This document shows, piece by piece, positions 27,969 through 37,039 of a DNA stretch of 64,000 nt. Under the pieces are notes generated by a model. The model was not told the DNA's origin and did no database searches. It saw only the letters and a list, made by a program, of their open reading frames with translations. The stretch lies in sequence record PQ741806.1; one strand, given 5' to 3'. A program made the position numbers and the translations under genes. The first letter of the stretch is position 1, and each line of letters begins with the position of its first letter.

Positions 27969-28595
27969 ATGGCTTTTCATTTTACTGAAGTAGATCTAGA
28001 CAACTTTATTAATGATTCAAATAAAGGATTAAAAATAAAAGTTGGCAAGCAAACATTAGAAGTTTATGATGTTGATAAACTAAATGTTGTTAATTCAGCT
28101 ATTAATAAATTAGTTTATCACTACCCTATAAGTGAAGAACATATCGAAGCATCATTGAGTGATGACTCATTAAAAGAACTTAATGAATATCTACTTAATA
28201 ACGGTATTCAAAATAGCGCCAAGATGATGATTGATGCTGTTCTAGAAATCAAAGAACATTATAAAGATATTGATTCTTTTAACCCACGTGTCTATAAATT
28301 AAAATCAATGCATACTAAAAACACAGATGATGTATATCTAATTATTGTTATTAGTAAAGCAGATGACTTTTTTGAGACAATGCAAGGTTATATTGTTAAT
28401 AAATCAGGTAATCTGATTAGAACCACTGTTCAGTCATGGCGATTCGAGAAAATTGAATTCAATGACTTAGCCGAATATGATCAGCGTTGGCTATCTATTG
28501 AATCTTATATTAATGTTAAGCAAACAAAAAATAATATAATCAAAGAGCAAGAAGCCGAATTAACTAAATTTATTTATTATAGTACCCCAAGTTAA
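27969..28595 (+). CDS. Hypothetical protein
   Basis: ATG 27969 after AAGGTG; TATGTA at 27882. Confidence 0.8.
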   Translation: MAFHFTEVDLDNFINDSNKGLKIKVGKQTLEVYDVDKLNVVNSAINKLVYHYPISEEHIEASLSDDSLKELNEYLLNNGIQNSAKMMIDAVLEIKEHYKDIDSFNPRVYKLKSMHTKNTDDVYLIIVISKADDFFETMQGYIVNKSGNLIRTTVQSWRFEKIEFNDLAEYDQRWLSIESYINVKQTKNNIIKEQEAELTKFIYYSTPS

Positions 28596-28653
28596 AACAA
28601 ATAAAAAAAATAAATATAAGAGCTAGCCCCTAATGGGCTAGCTCTATGTTATC

Positions 28654-28791
28654 TTACTCTGCTACATCTTTTACATCAGGTTTATTATTTCCACGCACTG
28701 CTCTCACGATACCATACGTAAGAATAAGAGCACCTACGGTGCCAATAGTGGCGCTAACAATAATACCAAAAGTTTTTGGATCAATATTCAT
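28654..28791 (-). CDS. Small single-TM early protein (45 aa, not in ORF track)
   Basis: MNIDPKTFGIIVSATIGTVGALILTYGIVRAV...; own early promoter and terminator (28620-28644). Confidence 0.75.
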   Translation of the reverse strand: MNIDPKTFGIIVSATIGTVGALILTYGIVRAVRGNNKPDVKDVAE

Positions 28792-28847
28792 ATTTAGTAT
28801 CCTATTTACAATTAATAGAAAATATTACATTTAGTAATATCAAGTTA

Positions 28848-28876
28848 ATAATATACTGTTTAAATAAGTTTGAATA
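28848..28876 (-). promoter_or_regulatory. Early promoter variant
   Basis: TATTCAAACTTATTTAAACAGTATATTAT; shares the leader tract AACTTGATAT with 12144/13995. Confidence 0.75.
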
Positions 28877-28934
28877 TAACTCTATTTATTATAATAAAAT
28901 AATACTTTCATATACACTATATGTAGAAGATTCC

Positions 28935-29011
28935 GCCGCTATAGCTCAGCTAGGTAGAGCAACGCACTTGTAATGCGTAGGTCCTCCGTTCGATTCGGAG
29001 TGGCGGCACCA
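28935..29011 (+). tRNA. tRNA-Thr(UGU)
   Basis: ACGCA-CTTGTAA-TGCGT, encoded CCA; TATGTAG at 28920. Confidence 0.95.
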
Positions 29012-29089
29012 AATTTACTGAGGTTTAAACTATTCTTAAATATATTAGTTAGGATGGGATTGAACGTGAAAGACTCAGTAAATCATATT

Positions 29090-29109
29090 GCCCCTCCATA
29101 TGGAGGGGC
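29090..29109 (+). terminator. Intrinsic terminator
   Basis: GCCCCTCC-atat-GGAGGGGC. Confidence 0.85.
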
Positions 29110-29140
29110 TTATGTTTGTCATTAATCAGGAAAATATAAA

Positions 29141-29317
29141 ATGAGGCATCTATTATTTATCATCCAAGAATACATTACTAATAAATTTGAGATAACACGA
29201 ATTGATATGAAGCCAGGCAATCGAATGTTACGCGTATGTGTATACGGTCAACATGAGGAAAAAGGTTTCGTCCGTGTAGATTTATGGTCAGTTGGTTATC
29301 GCATTACAAAGAAATAA
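29141..29317 (+). CDS. Small hypothetical protein (58 aa, not in ORF track)
   Basis: MRHLLFIIQEYITNKFE... after AGGA. Confidence 0.6.
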   Translation: MRHLLFIIQEYITNKFEITRIDMKPGNRMLRVCVYGQHEEKGFVRVDLWSVGYRITKK

Positions 29318-29359
29318 TACTCCAGATTATTTAATATGTATTAATCAAAGGAGTTTATA

Positions 29360-29770
29360 ATGAGTAATGAAACTAACTATCTAGGTTATGAATGGAAAAC
29401 AGATATAACTACTTCAAATATTAATAGAGTGGTTGATTTATATACACTTGAATTAGCATGGTTAAAAGAAGATTTTAATGATACTCTTTTTATAAAGTCT
29501 TATAAAGTTCTAGAGGGCCTATTAGAGGAACCGTCTAGGGCAATCCATGATGATACAGTAACCATTCAAGATCAATTAGATGAATTAAATACTGTTTTTA
29601 AATTAGTATTTGGAAAAGATAATAACGTAGAGTTATCAATTAATAATGATTCAATTATTGTGATCGGTGCTACAGATGCAACTAAAGAAAAGTTAGAAGT
29701 AGAGGTGCGTGAGTTTGCATATAGGAAATCATTAATTGATGAACGTTATCCAGATATTGTAACGGATTAA
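29360..29770 (+). CDS. Hypothetical protein
   Basis: 136-aa ORF after AAGGAG. Confidence 0.85.
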   Translation: MSNETNYLGYEWKTDITTSNINRVVDLYTLELAWLKEDFNDTLFIKSYKVLEGLLEEPSRAIHDDTVTIQDQLDELNTVFKLVFGKDNNVELSINNDSIIVIGATDATKEKLEVEVREFAYRKSLIDERYPDIVTD

Positions 29771-29850
29771 AATACTTACAGCTATCTAGTATGTAACTAG
29801 GCGGATTGCCATTTGTAAATTATCTATTTAATCAAACTGAGGAAATACTA

Positions 29851-30240
29851 ATGAAACAATTCTTTCAACTACTTCTAAGCCTGCTTTTCAAACTACCGGT
29901 TCTATCATATTTTGCTGAGAAGAAACGACTAGAGAAAGAGAAACAGGAAGAAGAAAAGCGTCAGCAAGAACAACGTCAAAAAGAACTACTTGATGAACAA
30001 CGTCGCGAACTAGAAGATCATTATCGAAAGACGGCTTACGATCGCCTAGCAAAACTTATTCATACTCGGTGGTATGATGAGTTTAATGCATACGAAAAGA
30101 AACTAGTTGATCTTGCTGTATCGAGTGGTAAAGCAGTTAGTGTTAAGTATGGTAAAGTTACTAAGATGCAGCACCCTCATCAATTTAAACTACTTAATGA
30201 TTGGCTGGATGATATTCCAGTAGAAGATTATTCTAAGTGA
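29851..30240 (+). CDS. Coiled-coil hypothetical protein
   Basis: ATG 29851 after GAGGA; E/K/Q-rich helix. Confidence 0.8.
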   Translation: MKQFFQLLLSLLFKLPVLSYFAEKKRLEKEKQEEEKRQQEQRQKELLDEQRRELEDHYRKTAYDRLAKLIHTRWYDEFNAYEKKLVDLAVSSGKAVSVKYGKVTKMQHPHQFKLLNDWLDDIPVEDYSK

Positions 30241-30302
30241 GTTTAAATAAAAGAAAATAAAGACATAGCCCCTCTCCATGTGGAGAGGGGTTTATGCCGT
30301 AA

Positions 30303-30983
30303 TTATACACTTACTTTGATAAGATTTTTAATATCAGTAAAATGGGTATATGTTGCCTTTTTATCTTTGTGAACCAGTAAGCAACAGGTACCTTCATTTA
30401 CTGTATTGGTTTGTTTTAATGGGATATTTAAAGCATATTCAAACAGATCATCCATCCAGTTAAATACCATGAACTTATTGATAAGGACATGATCGAAATC
30501 AATTAATCCAATAAATGAATCGATCTCAGATTGATAATACTCTACAACCATTTTAGACCATTCTTTGTTTATCGCCTCAATGACATTAGGATTATTTATT
30601 TTATTAAATAACGCAATACGTTCCTGAGTAGGTAAACTGAGGTAATAATTAATATTACTCCTAACGATATCTGGATTAGTGATATCCATTTTTTCTGGTA
30701 AGTTATATTTACTATCTACATAATTCTTAGTTTCTGGTGTCATTCTCCAGCAACCATAATCAGCAGTAGTACTTGATGGATCTATTTTAGTCTCCACTAC
30801 TTTAGAAAATACATCTACATATAAATTAACAGATTCGTATACATCAGGTCTGATTGGATTAAAGTTTAAACTTTTAATAAGACCCCTAACTGGCCGAGTA
30901 CCAATTAGACAATGCAATTCAAGCTTAACATTTTCCTCTTTAGCCATCTTAAATATATCAGCAAAACTGAGCTTTTCTGCCAT
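30303..30983 (-). CDS. Hypothetical protein
   Basis: 226-aa ORF. Confidence 0.85.
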   Translation of the reverse strand: MAEKLSFADIFKMAKEENVKLELHCLIGTRPVRGLIKSLNFNPIRPDVYESVNLYVDVFSKVVETKIDPSSTTADYGCWRMTPETKNYVDSKYNLPEKMDITNPDIVRSNINYYLSLPTQERIALFNKINNPNVIEAINKEWSKMVVEYYQSEIDSFIGLIDFDHVLINKFMVFNWMDDLFEYALNIPLKQTNTVNEGTCCLLVHKDKKATYTHFTDIKNLIKVSV

Positions 30984-31151
30984 TTAGAATATACCTTTTA
31001 TTAATTGGACAAATAGATTAGATACACATAGCAATAGAATAAACCATAAACCTAGTCTTTGTAATTTATCTATACGCTTAGCTTTTTGTTTCCTCTTTAA
31101 TCTAACTAATAATGTATTTTTAATATCATTCATTAAATTATCTCAGATTTT

Positions 31152-31667
31152 TTAGACGGTGTATAAACCCTCAGTATTACATGTTGTTATGATATTGTAA
31201 AGACGATGCCAATAGCGATCATACGTATTTTTACGTTTGTAGCTATTGGTGCGGATGACTAGATTGGCGACCCAGTGATTCTGATCAATGGTCTCATGTA
31301 GATGCCCGAAATAAGCCCCCAGTTCAATTTCGAATGGGATCTTACACTCACGCCCCTTACACATTGCTTCACGCAATAAACGCATTGCAGAATTCTCTGC
31401 ATTGGTATCTTTAAATAAAAGACTAATGTATCCAGGGCTACCACCAGTTTCTTCATCAACATGGCCTGAACAGCAATAAATAGTTGCAACATTGATAAAT
31501 TGATTAAACCATTTAATTAATGGCCTACATGCTTCATCAATAAGATCTTCATATTCAGGTTTATACATTACTTTAACAGTATCATCTGCACGTTGTTTCA
31601 CATGATGAAAATATTGCTCCCAATTTACATTAGTGTAATATAGCATATCCATATTAGAATTACTCAT
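31152..31667 (-). CDS. TYW3-like motif protein
   Basis: IDEACRPLIKWFNQFINVATIYCCSGH resembles the TYW3 DxxIxxLxxxIN...TTSSCSGR motif. Confidence 0.5.
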   Translation of the reverse strand: MSNSNMDMLYYTNVNWEQYFHHVKQRADDTVKVMYKPEYEDLIDEACRPLIKWFNQFINVATIYCCSGHVDEETGGSPGYISLLFKDTNAENSAMRLLREAMCKGRECKIPFEIELGAYFGHLHETIDQNHWVANLVIRTNSYKRKNTYDRYWHRLYNIITTCNTEGLYTV

Positions 31668-31672
31668 ACAAA

Positions 31673-32404
31673 TCAACCCCATATGTTATTGGCATATTCG
31701 CGGTCATTGAAAATGCGGGTAAGATCCATCCGCTTTTGAATGCGCGCTAGTATCCATTTTAGTTGTTTAGTTGATAGTTCTTGATTTTGCTTGTACTCAC
31801 CTGTAGCATGGATGTAATAATCAAATTTACGACTTACAGTAGTAGTATGTGCACATGCAATAGCAAATGCTTCAAGTGCAGTTAGTTTGGTTGATCCATT
31901 ATCATTACAATTAGGGATAAACTCAAGTACACTATTAACTGCATCTACACCACTACCCAAATGAGCCCAATCTTTCTTGGTGATGTTGATACCCATGTCT
32001 TTAAGAATAACTGTATATATGTCACCATTCTCCATAGTGAACATCATAGAAGTATTACCATTAAACAACCTGCGTTCTATGACTGGCAAGATATTTACTT
32101 CAACTTTAAACCAATCAGCTAAATCAACACCTGCGGTAAGGGCATTCAATAGATCATAAACATTATCTATAGTTCCAGCAAAAGCCATAGTTTTAACACG
32201 TTTACCTTGCCAAGTAACTGTCGGATGAAAAATTATCTTGTGGCAATCATTGTAATATACATCTACACCTTCAGCTTTAGCAGTTAGATCAATATAACCG
32301 TTATCTAATACTGGAAGTCGCCCAATGCTATCAGTTGCATTATTCCGCTCAATTAATAGGCAGTCTGCAATCATGACTTTACCATCATTTACGATATATG
32401 TCAT
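31673..32404 (-). CDS. HslV/proteasome-beta-like Ntn peptidase
   Basis: True start M-T-YIVNDGKVMIAD (Thr nucleophile; GGAG RBS fits ATG 32404), AFAG, HLGSG, TALEAFAIA. Confidence 0.7.
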   Translation of the reverse strand: MTYIVNDGKVMIADCLLIERNNATDSIGRLPVLDNGYIDLTAKAEGVDVYYNDCHKIIFHPTVTWQGKRVKTMAFAGTIDNVYDLLNALTAGVDLADWFKVEVNILPVIERRLFNGNTSMMFTMENGDIYTVILKDMGINITKKDWAHLGSGVDAVNSVLEFIPNCNDNGSTKLTALEAFAIACAHTTTVSRKFDYYIHATGEYKQNQELSTKQLKWILARIQKRMDLTRIFNDREYANNIWG

Positions 32405-32442
32405 TTTCACTCCTTATAATAAAATAAATAGGCTTAAGCGAA

Positions 32443-32472
32443 ATAATGCCCTCCCCGAAGGGAGGGCATTAT
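32443..32472 (-). terminator. Intrinsic terminator
   Basis: ATAATGCCCTCCC-cgaa-GGGAGGGCATTAT. Confidence 0.9.
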
Positions 32473-32565
32473 CAATAGGTGGGATCTCGGCGGCACCTTC
32501 ATTTGCGGACGGGAACGCTGAAGGGAGATAGTCCGGGAGATCCCGATTTGGGTATTCTTTACATA
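32443..32565 (-). ncRNA. Candidate sRNA: GC-rich long stem-loop between TATGTA and terminator
   Basis: GGGATCTC/GAGATCCC, CCTTCA/TGAAGG and GCG/CGC nested stems. Confidence 0.5.
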
Positions 32566-32570
32566 TGGTA

Positions 32571-32951
32571 TTACTGCAAGTATTTGTTCCCCGCAGTATA
32601 CTCACCATTGATCCAATTTTTGATTACAACACTGATCCCTTCATTTTCTTTAACGGTAACCCCCAACTCAAGATCGATTGATTGATAAGCTACAGCCGCC
32701 AGTGTTAACCGAAGATAAACGGATCCATCTTTTTCGATATCGTAGGATACTACGAACCCGTCTTGTAGATTTTGTAGCTGGAATGTATTAGCATGTTGCG
32801 GGTGGAGACGATCCATATTGTACTCAACGACATCTAATAGATATTGCCGAGCATCAGCAGCATTATCAAATCCGAGATCGCACAGACCGATCGGATAGCG
32901 AGCTTGCGTGCATGTAACTTTCATAGATACTACACGATGTTGTTTGCACAT
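32571..32951 (-). CDS. Hypothetical protein
   Basis: 126-aa ORF after GAGGA. Confidence 0.75.
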   Translation of the reverse strand: MCKQHRVVSMKVTCTQARYPIGLCDLGFDNAADARQYLLDVVEYNMDRLHPQHANTFQLQNLQDGFVVSYDIEKDGSVYLRLTLAAVAYQSIDLELGVTVKENEGISVVIKNWINGEYTAGNKYLQ

Positions 32952-32971
32952 TATATTTTCCTCTTAGATGT

Positions 32972-33066
32972 CAAAAACCCTCCCCGATCAGGGGAGGGTA
33001 TCTCATTGGTACTTCTTCAGCAAAACTGAAACTAAGATAAAAGAGCAATCGTAAAGGAACTACATA
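32972..33066 (-). ncRNA. Candidate short U-rich sRNA
   Basis: TACACTATTC-TATGTAG, about 90 nt without a credible ORF, then terminator 32977-32999. Confidence 0.45.
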
Positions 33067-33092
33067 GAATAGTGTATTTCTTTTACTATTTT

Positions 33093-33506
33093 TTACATAA
33101 CCTCTTTAGATGGGGGTTCTTTATGAATCCAGTCTAAAGTTGTTGGTAAACTATTATCTGATCTGAAGGTACACACCGTCCGGAACCGAGAGTGATCAAC
33201 TACAGATAATTGCCCGTTAATCGCAGCCTCATATTGCCTACACAACTTCACACACCTTTTCTCTAGATCAGTTGGTTCGTAACCTTCTTCTCTTGGTTCA
33301 GTGTATGGTCCATCCCAAAAGAATATTAATCTAAGATCAATCCCAGATTTATACTCCGCTTGGTATGAATATTGGTGAACATCAAAATCATCTAATTCTT
33401 CAACTAGATGTGATGTTATTGTTCTAGGATGTTCATGAGTTAATTCACTGTATATATGTTTATTTCTAGGGTTTTGTAAATCAACTACGATAAGTTGACT
33501 AGTCAT
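33093..33506 (-). CDS. Hypothetical protein
   Basis: Start re-set to ATG 33506, coupled to the upstream stop. Confidence 0.75.
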   Translation of the reverse strand: MTSQLIVVDLQNPRNKHIYSELTHEHPRTITSHLVEELDDFDVHQYSYQAEYKSGIDLRLIFFWDGPYTEPREEGYEPTDLEKRCVKLCRQYEAAINGQLSVVDHSRFRTVCTFRSDNSLPTTLDWIHKEPPSKEVM

Positions 33507-33507
33507 T

Positions 33508-34161
33508 TTAACTTTTATCCAGATGTCTATTACGAGTGCGTTCCACTGCTGTAGGTTCGACAGTGGCTCGCGGTAGATAAGTAATCTCCGGGAAAGTCTT
33601 ATTAAGAGCATCTTCAATTAGCTCTTTAGCAATCTCTGCATCGATGTAATGGTTTAGAATAATACCACGATGATACAGGAAGAAGTTATATTCTTCATAA
33701 CCATGGCGAAGACTTACTTTACCACGATACCCACCATAGGTTAGAGTATCTTCGTTAATTTCATTCCGATAAATATCAAGTTGGATATTATTTTGAAGAT
33801 GCATTTGAATGAAGTCATTACCATCACCGCCGAATAGGGTTGGTCGTTTCCGACCAGTAACAACATCTTGGATGGAATCCATTAGTCGGTTAATGTCTGT
33901 TTCTAATCGTTGGATATCACATTGAGAATTCATTGCCTCATGGAAACGAGTTACAACTGCATTGAATTCTTCTTCAGTCCAACCACTGGTACGTTTTTCA
34001 TAATCAACAATGATAATACCGAACCAGGCATAACCGTTAGAATGTTTTACTTTAACACATAGATGAGGTACATTATCAGTACCTGACTGATGGTTAACAG
34101 TGTAATTATTATTACGGCTGATTACTAGTTTGATAAAAGGTAGACTAATGATTGACGCCAT
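33508..34161 (-). CDS. Hypothetical protein
   Basis: 217-aa ORF after AAGGA. Confidence 0.85.
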   Translation of the reverse strand: MASIISLPFIKLVISRNNNYTVNHQSGTDNVPHLCVKVKHSNGYAWFGIIIVDYEKRTSGWTEEEFNAVVTRFHEAMNSQCDIQRLETDINRLMDSIQDVVTGRKRPTLFGGDGNDFIQMHLQNNIQLDIYRNEINEDTLTYGGYRGKVSLRHGYEEYNFFLYHRGIILNHYIDAEIAKELIEDALNKTFPEITYLPRATVEPTAVERTRNRHLDKS

Positions 34162-34252
34162 GGAAATATTCCTTTTGTATTTTTTAAATTAAAGTAGGAG
34201 TTATTATTGAGTTTCAACTCAATACATCAATAACTCCAGTATGTTTTCAAAA

Positions 34253-34651
34253 TTAAATACATGTATTTACAGTTACATTGTAACCAGTTAGTTTTGCCAA
34301 CAATACAAATGAGCGAACCTGTTCGATTTTTTCAGAAGCAATGAAGATATGTGTAATACGATCCTCATCAACATACTGATATCGAAATGAGGTATAACTA
34401 AATGACACATCCGTATCGTTTAAATAGGTGATATTAAAATCATCTACTTCCCTATCAAGCTTACTAAGCTCTGTAAGTAATACCTGATAGGGCGTAATGG
34501 TGATACGGTGGTTTTCACAACGTTGAATAAGCTGATGTAGTTTAGAAGGCAGTTTATCAACTACCTTTTTATAACTTTCATCACATTCTAGAAAGTTATG
34601 TACCAAACCATTAGCAGCCGCAACGGTATTTAGAATGTTGAGTAGACTCAT
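34253..34651 (-). CDS. Hypothetical protein
   Basis: 132-aa ORF. Confidence 0.8.
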   Translation of the reverse strand: MSLLNILNTVAAANGLVHNFLECDESYKKVVDKLPSKLHQLIQRCENHRITITPYQVLLTELSKLDREVDDFNITYLNDTDVSFSYTSFRYQYVDEDRITHIFIASEKIEQVRSFVLLAKLTGYNVTVNTCI

Positions 34652-34674
34652 TTTACAGATTCCTTTTTAGTATA

Positions 34675-36201
34675 TTAATATTTCAATAGACTATTGATAA
34701 AAGCATTAGGGTCATAACGGTTATTTGAAAAAGCCGCCATTACATCACACCCTGGTTGATCTTTAAATCTGATATCTTCAGGAATATCGAAGTCAGGGAA
34801 CATTAGTTTAATATACTCCCTAACCTCTTGATCTCGTAGATATGGAATCTCCACCATGTAATCAACGCGACCTTTCCTTAGAAGTGCTTTATCAATATTC
34901 TCAGGATGGTTTGTAGTTAGAATGGTCATAGTTTCATCTAGTGGAACAATGCCATCTAGACCATTTAATAGAGCTGACAAAGTTAATCCGCTAGCTGGTT
35001 GTTCATACGTGATTCCATTCTTCATGCACTTCTTTAATTTCCACCATCGGCGAATTGTGGTAAATAATGGATCTTTTTCATCGGCCCATTTTGAAACACC
35101 CAGTTCAGCCATAGCATAAGCACTTATCCCAAAACCTTGATCATCGCTATTTTCATCAAAGATATAGATGGTGTCATTAAACCCAACTACAGAGTATCCT
35201 TCATAGTCATCTTTAAGATCAACCCATGCAGACGGATATTTTTCAATTAAATCAATAAAAGAATATTTCCTCTCTAATTCCTTTATCTCTTTATCTAGTT
35301 TTACAGGATCATTTAAAACACGATCTTTAACTGCCGGGGTATCATCGAAATCTTCAATTAGAAGAATATTACCTTTAGGTAGTGTAGTAAATGCCCGCCT
35401 AAGACTATCATTGGTCATAGAGGCTAATGACAGTGCACTAACATTTTTATTAAAATGTGAGGCAATCGCTTTACTGATTGAGGTTTTACCAGTACCAGGA
35501 GGACCTGTTAGAACACAAGTGAATTTATAGGGTAGTCCACGATCATCGTACCATTTCCGATCAGAATAGAATTCTTCAATCTTATTAAGGAATTCTTCTT
35601 TGATCTCTTTACGCAAAATCACCGTGTTGATATCGCGTTTAGTAACTTCGATTTCATTACCCCAGCGATTACCATCCCAATGTGAGATAGTAAGACCCAT
35701 TTCATTTGGACGCCAGTGGTACGCATCAACTAAATCAATAATAAGTTTACTACTTCTAGATAATCCACGGATAGTAATGTCCATCTGGTCTCGACTGGCA
35801 TTTTGGCTATCCCGGCGTGCTTTTACAAACCAGAATAACCTACCTTTAAACAGAAAGAAATGTAAGCCAAAACCAACACCAATTTTCTGTTTAGTTGCAC
35901 TATAACTTTGCTCATCAACGTTGGTTGAAAAACGGCGATTAAATCCAGCTAATGGTTGTTTAATATACCACTCCATAAATGAGTCAAAGTTTTTCTCATT
36001 TAAACCATTACCAGTATTAGTGATATGTAAACTAACTGTAAATTGATTTAATGTGAATCTAACTATCTTACTTGGTAGACCTCGGATAGTGGTCCATAAT
36101 ACACCACCAATCGCCATACCAATCGCACCACCCATCACCATATTCTTTTGAGAGATGTCGATGAACATGGCGTAATATTGCAATAAGGTCTCTATAATCA
36201 T
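34675..36201 (-). CDS. Bcs1-like membrane-anchored AAA+ ATPase
   Basis: N-terminal TM; WYDDRGLPY; Walker A GPPGTGKT; Walker B LLIED; LSALLNGLDG; TTNHPENIDKALLRKGRVD. Confidence 0.88.
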   Translation of the reverse strand: MIIETLLQYYAMFIDISQKNMVMGGAIGMAIGGVLWTTIRGLPSKIVRFTLNQFTVSLHITNTGNGLNEKNFDSFMEWYIKQPLAGFNRRFSTNVDEQSYSATKQKIGVGFGLHFFLFKGRLFWFVKARRDSQNASRDQMDITIRGLSRSSKLIIDLVDAYHWRPNEMGLTISHWDGNRWGNEIEVTKRDINTVILRKEIKEEFLNKIEEFYSDRKWYDDRGLPYKFTCVLTGPPGTGKTSISKAIASHFNKNVSALSLASMTNDSLRRAFTTLPKGNILLIEDFDDTPAVKDRVLNDPVKLDKEIKELERKYSFIDLIEKYPSAWVDLKDDYEGYSVVGFNDTIYIFDENSDDQGFGISAYAMAELGVSKWADEKDPLFTTIRRWWKLKKCMKNGITYEQPASGLTLSALLNGLDGIVPLDETMTILTTNHPENIDKALLRKGRVDYMVEIPYLRDQEVREYIKLMFPDFDIPEDIRFKDQPGCDVMAAFSNNRYDPNAFINSLLKY

Positions 36202-36983
36202 ACTAGCAGCCCTCTGGATAACATGGGAAAATATTGTCCACAGATCATGTACTCACGCTCTAGGAAATCTAGAGTATGACTTTCAAATACTTCACCTACA
36301 TCTTTACCATAGATTTCCGTATACCCATTTTTGAATACGGCCATTACATAAACATCAGACATAGTCATGCCGTAGTTATAAATTTGATTGTCTCTGTATT
36401 TTGGATGAAATAGGTCATGTAAAAAACGAGCCATTGAACTATTGGCAACAGTTGTCACCCCTTTCTGCTTTAAGGCATAACGTACTTGTTTAACCACATA
36501 GTTAACTTTAGAGCGCTCGCCAAATACCGTCAGTTTATCTACATTGCAATTACGATATCCCATAACATCAGGATTAGCTATCACGGTGTGTTTTGGAACA
36601 CGTACATCAAAGATAATGCCATTAGGGGATAGAATAATCTTTTCATGGTTAAATAGAACATGAAATAAATGTCGTTCTGGTTTAGTGATTTTGATACTTA
36701 ACCCAATCACTCCACTAATCTTTCTTTCTAGATCTTCTAGTGACTGCATCACCATGTGATATTGATTGAAGAAAGCATTGTTCTTATATTGATCTAATTC
36801 AAAGTATTTCCAACTTCCACGAAAATGAATAGCATGGCTTTTGGTATAACCTTTAGTTAATCGGCACTTGAGTTTGTCAAACCAGCTTTCAAGATAACTC
36901 TCGACTGTAAAGCCAAGTGGGTTATTATTAATAAGTTTATTGGAATATGATAAGCTAAATCTGTACATAGTTCGACGATGCAT
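36198..36983 (-). CDS. Hypothetical protein
   Basis: Start re-set to ATG 36983, downstream of terminator 37012-37033. Confidence 0.8.
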   Translation of the reverse strand: MHRRTMYRFSLSYSNKLINNNPLGFTVESYLESWFDKLKCRLTKGYTKSHAIHFRGSWKYFELDQYKNNAFFNQYHMVMQSLEDLERKISGVIGLSIKITKPERHLFHVLFNHEKIILSPNGIIFDVRVPKHTVIANPDVMGYRNCNVDKLTVFGERSKVNYVVKQVRYALKQKGVTTVANSSMARFLHDLFHPKYRDNQIYNYGMTMSDVYVMAVFKNGYTEIYGKDVGEVFESHTLDFLEREYMICGQYFPMLSRGLLV

Positions 36984-37039
36984 TTTATATTCCTGCCAAA
37001 TAAAGAAAAAATAAAGGGCTCCGAAGAGCCCTTTATGTA

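Noticed and set aside
31634-31641. TATATTAC core inside a gene
   Set aside because: Lies in coding sequence (L-Y-Y-T) without the upstream AT-rich element
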